This document shows, piece after piece, positions 1-5,735 of a DNA stretch of 5,984 nt. Numbering within the stretch: position 1 is the first letter of the stretch; each line of letters starts with the position of its first letter. Position numbers and translations under genes: made by a program. The stretch lies in NCBI RefSeq assembly GCF_006345805.1, contig NW_021829552.1, positions 1-5,984 on the forward strand, given 5' to 3'. The notes beneath the pieces were generated by a model. The model did no database searches, was not told the origin of the DNA, and saw nothing but the letters and a program-made list of their open reading frames with translations. Source of the DNA: Octopus sinensis (Eukaryota).

Positions 1-59
1 AAAGGGAACTCAGAGTAACAGGTTTTGTGTGAATTTTTCTGCTGCTTTAAATAAAGTGT

Positions 60-156
60 TATATATATATATATATATATATATAGATATATATATATAA
101 TATATATATATATATTAAGTATGTATAGTATGTATGTATGTATTGTATGTATGTAT

Positions 157-199
<43 letters not shown>
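60..199. repeat. Compound (TA)n-(TATG)n-(TA)n microsatellite
   Basis: Direct reading: (TA)n about 60-115, (TATG)n about 120-157, (TA)n about 160-199. It may be the internal microsatellite of the family A copy that follows. Confidence 0.95.
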
Positions 200-205
<6 letters not shown>

Positions 206-240
206 TGTAGTATTGTATAAAACGCACACACACAAACATA

Positions 241-393
241 CACCGCTTGACAACCTCTTCGGGAAAAGACACCGACAGAATAAATTCTTGGCGAAATACA
301 TACATAATACATACATACATGTATGTATGTATGTATAAATAAATACTGGTGCCCCAGCATAACCACAGTCTAATGACAGAAACAAGTAAAAAG
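241..393 (+). mobile_element. Family A SINE, 3' part only, internally deleted
   Basis: CACCGCTTGACAACC (241-255), AAAAGACACCGACAGAATAAA and GGTGCCCCAGCATAACCACAGTCTAATGACAGAAACAAGTAAAAAGA (348-393) match the reverse complement of the 3' part of the copy at 2142-2320. There is no head to the left. Confidence 0.8.
296..336. repeat. (ATAC)n/(ATGT)n microsatellite containing a perfect 26-bp palindrome (307-332)
   Basis: ATACATACATACATGTATGTATGTAT is self-complementary around ACATGT. Confidence 0.9.
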
Positions 394-507
394 ACCCGAA
401 AGATGTACGGTACAATGGCCAGCTGCTTTTACTGGTCAGTTTGAATGGAACTAAGGCGTGCAGTGATTGGATGGTTGGATGACTTCCCACATACATTCAT
501 GGATATT

Positions 508-717
508 CCTTCCTACTCTAAGCACAAGGCCTGAAATTTGGTGGGAGGGGGCAGTCGATTAGATCGACCCCAGTACGCAACTGGTATTTAATTTATTGAT
601 CCCAAAAGAATGAAAGGAGAAATCGACCTTGGCGGAATTTGAACTCAGAACGTAAAGACATACGAAATACTACTAAGCATTTCGCCCGGCTTGCTAACGT
701 TTCTGCCAGCTCGCCGC
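508..717 (-). mobile_element. Family B tRNA-derived SINE, monomer with tail type 1
   Basis: The minus strand reads GCGGCGAGCTGGCAGAAACGTTAGC (A-box-like), GAGTTCAAATTCC (B box), a diverged copy of the central block seen in the other units (GGTCGACTTTGCCTTTCATCCTTTCGGGGTCGAT), then tail CCCCCTCCCACCAAATTTCAGGCCTTGTGCTTAGAGTAGGAAGG. It is homologous to 4004-4166 and to the heads ending at 1327 and 4582. Confidence 0.9.
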
Positions 718-718
718 T

Positions 719-744
719 TTTCGGAATCTGCGTTCATAAATATT
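719..744. repeat. Target-site duplication of trimer 1, left copy
   Basis: TTTCGGAATCTGCGTTCATAAATATT versus TTTCGGACTGTGCGTTCATTAATATT at 1328-1353: 23/26 identical, directly flanking the trimer. Confidence 0.85.
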
Positions 745-1327
745 TATTTCTTTATTGCCCACAAGGGGTTAAACACAGAGGGGACAAACAATGGGACTAA
801 GTCGATTACATCGACGCCAGTGTAATTAACTTGTACTTATTTAATCGACCCCATAAGGCAAACCCGACCCCGGTGGAATCTGAACTTAGAACGTAACGGC
901 AGACGAAATACATATTTCTTTACTACCTACAAGGGGCTAAACACAGAGAGGACAAACAAGGACAGACAAACAGATTAAGTCGATTATATCGACTCCAGTG
1001 CGTAACTGGTACTTATATAATCGACCCCGAAAGGATGAAAGGCAAAGTCGACCTCGGCGAAATTTGAACTCAGAACGTAGCGGCAGACGAAATACCTATT
1101 TCTTTATTACCCACAAGGGTCTAAACACAGAGAGGACAAACAAGGACAGACAAACAGATCAAGTCGATTACATCGACCCCAGTTCGTAACTGGTACTTAA
1201 CTTACCGACCCCGAAAGTATGAAAGGCAAAGTCGACCTCGGCGGAATTTGAACTCACAACGTAACGGCAGACGAAATACGGCCACGCATTTCGCCCAGCG
1301 TGCTAACTTTTCTGCCAGCTCACCGCC
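745..1327 (-). mobile_element. Family B SINE head-to-tail trimer; all units have tail type 2
   Basis: Units 745-911 (with deletions), 912-1095 (184 bp) and 1096-1327. Each has a B box, central block and tail AATCTGTTTGTCTGTCCTTGTTTGTCCTCTCTGTGTTTAGCCCCTTGT..AAAGAAAT. Only 1096-1327 has the 48-nt A-box head (1280-1327). Flanked by a 26-bp TSD. Confidence 0.92.
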
Positions 1328-1353
1328 TTTCGGACTGTGCGTTCATTAATATT
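1328..1353. repeat. Target-site duplication of trimer 1, right copy
   Basis: See 719-744. Confidence 0.85.
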
Positions 1354-1408
1354 GATAACATTAACATTAGGTTCATCGCAAAATCTATTTCTTGTTGCAA
1401 CATAATGG

Positions 1409-1572
1409 CTTCTCTCTCTCTCTCCCATCTCCCTCTCCTTCCTCTCCTCCCTCCTCTCTCCTTCTGTCTACCTCTTTATCTCTGTTTATGCATAAGCATG
1501 TTGTTATCTTTTAATGTACGAGTAATCTCCTCCTCCTCACTCCTCTTCTCTTCTCTTTCTCGTATTCTCTCT
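1409..1572. repeat. Two (CT)/(CCT)-rich polypyrimidine low-complexity tracts (about 1409-1482 and 1526-1572)
   Basis: Direct reading. Confidence 0.85.
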
Positions 1573-1761
1573 GTATTCATATATTTATGCTCGTGCACGC
1601 GTGCGCATGTGCATTGCCTCCAGTATCAAAACATACTGTTGTTAAAGCAGGCTGAATGTCCTATCAGCCGTGCCAAATCATCAATGTCCAAACTGCCGCG
1701 CCCGATTGTCCCTAATCTGCGTTGTCTAACGGCCAAGTTTTCATATAAGATAAAAGTGCAT

Positions 1762-1825
1762 ATGGATAGACTTGAACCCTCAATCCTAGTGGACGGAGTA
1801 CAGTAGTTGTCTCACTGAGCTTTGG
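1762..1825 (-). mobile_element. Candidate tRNA-derived head (type 2 Pol III promoter) of a further SINE-like element; the body may extend left to about 1615
   Basis: Minus strand AAGCTCAGTGA (1822-1812, A-box-like) and GGTTCAAGTC (1778-1769, B box). The starts are 44 nt apart, which is tRNA spacing. There is no convincing cloverleaf and no second copy in the window. Confidence 0.45.
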
Positions 1826-1830
1826 ATTAT

Positions 1831-1905
1831 ACACGCAGGCGCACACGCGGGCACACACGCAAGTGCACCCGCACGAGCAACGTATGCGCATGCGCGCGCG
1901 CACAT

Positions 1906-1952
<47 letters not shown>
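1831..1952. repeat. Degenerate (CG/CA)n tract followed by perfect (CA)22 (1909-1952)
   Basis: Direct reading. Confidence 0.95.
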
Positions 1953-1953
<1 letters not shown>

Positions 1954-2057
1954 CGGCTAAGTCCAGTTATCGTCCACCAGAATTCCTTGACCAATTATTG
2001 GTCAGCTGAAGGCAACAAGAAAAAAAAGGAGAAAAAATACCAGAAAACGAACAAACT

Positions 2058-2121
2058 CCATAGCGCCGCAGGCTGGGATTGAACACAACATTGCAGCGTT
2101 ACGACACGAACTGCTTAACCA
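2058..2121 (-). mobile_element. Degenerate tRNA-like SINE head fragment
   Basis: Minus strand TGGTTAAGCAG (D-loop end) ... GTGTTCAATCCC (2086-2075, B-box-like) then AGCCTGCGGCGCTATGG, loosely like the family A head. It is cut off next to the tail of the copy at 2142. Confidence 0.45.
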
Positions 2122-2322
2122 TAATTCTTTTATTATTTTATTCTTCTACTTGTTTCAGTCATTTTGACTGCGGCCATGCTGGAGCACCGCCTGTAGTCGA
2201 GCAAATCGACCCCAGGACTTATTCTTTGTAAGCCTAGTATTTATTCTATCGGTCTCTTTTGTCGAACCGCTAAGTTACGGTGACGTAAACATGCCAGCAT
2301 CGGTTGTCAAGCGATGTTAGGA

Positions 2323-2323
<1 letters not shown>

Positions 2324-2362
<39 letters not shown>

Positions 2363-2466
2363 ACACACACACATACATACATAACATACATGCATATATA
2401 TATATATATATATCGATATATATATATATTATATATATATATATAATATATATATAGATATATATA
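2324..2466. repeat. Internal (CA)n-(CATA)n-(TA)n microsatellite of the family A copy
   Basis: Direct reading; (TA)n resumes at 2651-2662. Confidence 0.95.
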
Positions 2467-2650
2467 AAATAAGTAACAAGTATATCTTAGGTAATTTGGT
2501 ACGATCGTTTTATGCTATTTCATTTTATTAAATATTATATATATTACATCAATTTTAAAATGTTGAACAATCTTCAGCCATTTATAGAAGTCTTCCATCA
2601 AACGGACAATATATATTCTTATTTCCATTTCGCTGAACTTTTACTGAACT
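2467..2650. other. 184-bp AT-rich unassigned segment inside the SINE's (TA)n tract
   Basis: Non-repetitive sequence with (TA)n on both sides and absent from the other family A copies here. No terminal inverted repeats seen. Confidence 0.6.
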
Positions 2651-2902
2651 TATATATATATACGACGAGTTTCTTTCAGTTTCCGTCTACCAAATCCACT
2701 CACAAGGCTTTGGTCGGCACGAGGCTATAGTAGAAGACACTTGCCCAAGGTACCACGCTGTGGGACTGAACCCGGAACCACGTGGTTGGTAAGCAAGCTA
2801 CTTACTACACAGCTCAAAATTTCTTTTTAAAATATCGATTTGAATCGTCGCAACAGCCATGTATCCATCTGTATCCTGTCGAAAAGTCATCGGGGGTGTT
2901 TC

Positions 2903-2970
2903 ATTCTGCTAGACACAAAAGCCAAATCTCCCTCAACTTACACGCTTCGGTGTTCAATCAAGAAGGATGC
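2903..2970. mobile_element. Possible fragment of another interspersed repeat
   Basis: ATTCTGCTAGACACAAAAGCCAAATCTCCCTCAACTTACAC resembles an octopus repeat as I recall it. There is no second copy in the window, so this rests on recollection only. Confidence 0.25.
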
Positions 2971-3042
2971 TTTCAGGCAAGAAATAATAAACCTTGTCAC
3001 AGTTTGATTGTTGCTCTCTTGTTAAATCAGGCATGAATGTTT

Positions 3043-3087
3043 ACCACCACCACCACCACTAACAAGAACAACATGTACATCAACATC
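3043..3087. repeat. Short (CAC)n/(AAC)n trinucleotide tract
   Basis: Direct reading. Confidence 0.8.
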
Positions 3088-3233
3088 TGCTAGTGAAAAA
3101 ATTCCTATGATTAAATAACAATAATATCATAAAAACGCATAGTTACCGCAGCTTGCAGTCAAAGGGAAATAACTCTCATCTTTCAGTAAGTTATTGGCGG
3201 CTTCGATTGTGGGATTGTTGGAATATTATTTTA

Positions 3234-3270
3234 GTTATTGTTGTTGTTGTTGATATTTCTGATGATGCTA

Positions 3271-3301
<31 letters not shown>

Positions 3302-3350
3302 CAATGATGATAATGGTGGTGATGATGATGATGATGATGATGATGAAGAC
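3234..3350. repeat. (GTT)n followed by interrupted (GAT)n trinucleotide repeat
   Basis: Direct reading; it accounts for the poly-Val/poly-Asp ORF 3153-3383. Confidence 0.95.
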
Positions 3351-3420
3351 AAAGATCTGGCAACGAATCAAAAATTCTTTTAAGATAGAAATCTTTGTTT
3401 TATTTTCCTAATTTTCTTAT

Positions 3421-3910
3421 CTTTTTTTCACATAGTTTAGTCATTGGACAACGGCCATGCCGGAGCATCACCTCGAAAAATTTTCGTCGAATATGACCCA
3501 CTGCACTATTTATTTATTTATTTATTTTTTCTTTGCCAAACTCTCTTATTCATTCCATCGGTTTCTTATGCCCAAAAACTGAGTTAAAGGGTGTTGAAAA
3601 AAAAGGTCAAAAGGGAAGGAGGGGTGAGGTCAAACACACACACACACACGCACATACACACACACACACACACACAGACACAACACACACACACACACAC
3701 ACACACCACACACGCACACAACACACACGCACACACAGAGACACACACACACGCAAGCATTTCGCGTGCGCGCAGCAGACGTTCATACAGTTTCCACGTG
3801 CCAAGTTCACACACAAGGTATAGTGGAAGCCACCTTTTGCAGAGAGCCGTGCTGTGGGACAGAACCCCAAACCACGCGATTGGCCAGCGAATTTCTTTAT
3901 CACACAGCCA
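3421..3910 (-). mobile_element. Family A SINE, full length but old and diverged
   Basis: Collinear with 2142-2815. Tail AGTCATTGGACAACGGCCATGCCGGAGCATCACC (3439-3472), TTCCATCGGTTTCTTATGCC, a (CA)n tract, CAGTTTCCACGTGCCAAGTTCACACACAAGG, and head GTGGGACAGAACCCCAAACCACG...TATCACACAGCCA (to 3910). Confidence 0.8.
3634..3754. repeat. Imperfect (CA)n microsatellite inside the family A copy
   Basis: Direct reading; it accounts for the His/Thr- and Val/Cys-rich ORFs at 3533-3957. Confidence 0.95.
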
Positions 3911-3983
3911 AGCCTACCCACCAGGTAATTATGAGAAACAAAACGGCTAAACTTTGAGTACGAGGCTCGTTATTTGACTGAAA

Positions 3984-4003
3984 TTCAAAAACATTCGTAT
4001 ATT
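3984..4003. repeat. Target-site duplication of trimer 2, left copy
   Basis: TTCAAAAACATTCGTATATT versus TTCAAAGCATTCGTATATT at 4583-4601; the core 12-mer CATTCGTATATT is identical (3992-4003, 4590-4601). Confidence 0.88.
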
Positions 4004-4582
4004 CTTTTCTATTCTAGGCACAAGGCCTGAAATTTTTGGGCAGGGGGCAGTCGGTTAGATCGATCTCAGTACACAGCTGGTACTAAATGTATCGACCCCG
4101 AAAGGATGAAAGGCAAAGTCGACCTCGGCGGAATTTAAACTCAGAACGTAAAGACAGACGAAATACCTATTTCTATTTCATTACTACCCACAAGGGGCTA
4201 AACATAGAAGGGACAAACAAGGACAGACAAACGGATTAAGCCGATTATATCGACCCCAGTGCGTAACTGGTACTTATTTAATCGACCCCGAAAGTATGAA
4301 AGGCAAAGTCGACCTCGGTGGAATTTGAACTCAGAAGATAGACGAAATACCTATTTCTTTACTACCCACAAGTGGCTAAACACAGAGGGGACAAACAAGG
4401 ACAGACAAACGGATTAAGTCGATTATATCGACCCCAGTGCGTAACTGGTACTTATTTAATCGACGCCGAAAGGATGAAAGGCAAAGTCAACCTCGGCGGA
4501 ATTTGAACTCAGAACGTAACAGCAGACGAAATACGGCTACACATTTCGCCCGGCGTGCTAACGTGTCTGCTAGCTCGCCGCC
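4004..4582 (-). mobile_element. Family B SINE head-to-tail trimer with mixed tails (5' to 3': type 2, type 2, type 1)
   Basis: Units 4004-4166 (tail type 1), 4167-4350 (184 bp, tail type 2) and 4351-4582 (tail type 2, full head). A-box-like TAGCAGACACG at 4572-4562 and B box GAGTTCAAATTCC at 4510-4498. TSD on both sides. Confidence 0.93.
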
Positions 4583-4601
4583 TTCAAAGCATTCGTATAT
4601 T
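4583..4601. repeat. Target-site duplication of trimer 2, right copy
   Basis: See 3984-4003. Confidence 0.88.
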
Positions 4602-5020
4602 GACTGAGGAATTGTATATTGACTAGATGTACCACCTGTATTTTGTGGGAAAGGAAAAAAAAAACGTAGAAACGCACCTTCATTTTATAATATTCTTGCT
4701 TTTAGTACCACATAAATTACGATTCTGAACAAAATAGTTTTCGGAAAAATTTCAATTTTTCACATTTTGCTACACCCCATCCCACTATCCATCCATAACC
4801 ATGATGTAATATTTTTCTATTAATCTGCTCCGAAACTTTGGTTAAATTGTCTTGATCTGACGGCAGATCCCAAATATCTCTACTTTTCTTGAAATAACCT
4901 CCAGCAAAATCTCAAATAAAGTTTTTGTCGTGACGGCAAAAGTAAACCAGACCTATACAGGGAGGTAACTCTTACTTGACTTTAGCCTTCAAAATTATTA
5001 TTGTTTGTTGTCGCTTAACT

Positions 5021-5255
5021 CCTTCGTATCTTATGTTTCCGTTATTGGACCGTGGCCATACTGGAGCATCGCCTTGAAGGGTTTAATCGAACAAATCAAT
5101 CCCATCATTTATTTTTATATCGACTCTGGTACTTATGCTAAAGATTTATGGAGACGTAAAGAATCCGACAGGAGCTATCAAATGGTGGGAACGGACAAAC
5201 ACACACACAACAAAGAACACAAAACATACACACCCATACACATGTACATGCAAAT
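5021..5255 (-). mobile_element. Family A SINE, 3' half (5'-truncated at the CA-rich tract), diverged
   Basis: TGTTTCCGTTATTGGACCGTGGCCATACTGGAGCATCGCCTTGAAGG..TCGAACAAATCAATCCCA, GCTAAAGATTTATGGAGACGTAAA, then a CA-rich tract from about 5195. Collinear with 2142-2400; no head follows. Confidence 0.75.
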
Positions 5256-5440
5256 ACTACGTCGCACACGCTTAGAAATAATGACACATAGGAATTTAAA
5301 ATTGTCAAGGGAACATGAAGTAATTCTTTTTTGGAACGGTGAATCCCGAAGCAGATTAAGTTATAAACAATAGTGTGTAAATGCTAGGTTAATAAAAAAA
5401 ACTCTTTGGACACACAGACACGCACACACACACGCACATC

Positions 5441-5655
5441 GTGAGGACGTAAAGCCTAGTGGTTAAAGTCGCGCGATCGTGGTTTCAATTCGTAGACTGG
5501 GTGGTGCGTTGTGTTCTTTCGCAAAACATTTCGTTCATCTCACGTTGCTCTTTGACACCTGACGCGCGTTACACTGAGCACCTGTTAAGACAACATCGAT
5601 GTGATGGAGAGACAGAGCTAAGGTGTAGCACGAACATTCGATAACTATAAACAAA
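5441..5655 (+). mobile_element. Family C tRNA-derived SINE
   Basis: A-box-like AAGCCTAGTGG (5452-5462), B-box-like GGTTTCAATTCG (5481-5492; spacing short, so probably an internal deletion), CORE-like TTGTGTTCTTTCGCAAAACATT. The body resembles an octopus repeat from memory, and the 3' boundary is uncertain. Confidence 0.65.
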
Positions 5656-5678
5656 TTCGTAATTGTATTCGTAATTGT
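5655..5678. repeat. Perfect 12-bp tandem duplication (ATTCGTAATTGT)x2
   Basis: 5655-5666 is identical to 5667-5678. Confidence 0.9.
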
Positions 5679-5693
5679 GTACCATGTTCTCCG

Positions 5694-5735
5694 TTTTTTG
5701 TTTGTTTTTTTTTTGCTTTTCTTTTTGTCTTTGTT
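5694..5735. repeat. T-rich low-complexity tract
   Basis: Direct reading. Confidence 0.8.

Larger units (their letters stand above)
2142..2815 (-). mobile_element. Family A tRNA-derived SINE, full length, interrupted; CORE-like segment after the head
   Basis: Minus strand A-box-like GCTGTGTAGTAAG (2813-2801), B box GGTTCAGTCCC (2772-2762), ACCTTGGGCAAGTGT (2751-2737; resembles the CORE-SINE motif), an internal (TA)n/(TG)n tract, and 3' end GGCGGTGCTCCAGCATGGCCGCAGTCAAAATGACTGAAACAAGTAGAAGA. Homologous to 241-393, 3421-3910 and 5021-5255. Confidence 0.9.

Noticed and set aside
912-1095. Hammerhead ribozyme (retrozyme) in the tandem unit
   Set aside because: Unit size and tandem layout resemble non-LTR retrozymes, but I find no CTGANGA core on either strand. 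GGATGAAAG and CTGAGTT do not fit. An Infernal search would settle it.
745-1327. CRISPR array or satellite interpretation of the 184-bp repeats (also 4004-4582)
   Set aside because: There are no unique spacers or cas genes, the context is eukaryotic, and the units carry Pol III boxes and are bounded by TSDs.
1280-1327. Functional tRNA genes at the SINE heads (also about 670-717, 2760-2815, 4535-4582, 5441-5500)
   Set aside because: They have A/B boxes but no complete cloverleaf, and each runs directly into repeat bodies found several times or recognisable as SINE.
1988-2004. Palindrome TGACCAAT-T-ATTGGTCA as a nuclear-receptor-like site
   Set aside because: One 8-bp-arm palindrome in 6 kb is within chance expectation, and there is no supporting context.
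2123-2830. TSD around the full-length family A copy (AATTCTTTTA versus ATTTCTTTTT)
   Set aside because: The match is low-complexity and imperfect, so it cannot be distinguished from AT-rich background.
3153-3383. Acidic poly-Asp protein exon
   Set aside because: It is explained by the (GTT)n/(GAT)n repeat, has a TTG start and has no supporting splice context.
4854-4869. Small hairpins GATCTG-ACGG-CAGATC and GTCTAA…TTAGAC (5769-5790)
   Set aside because: Six-bp stems are expected by chance.
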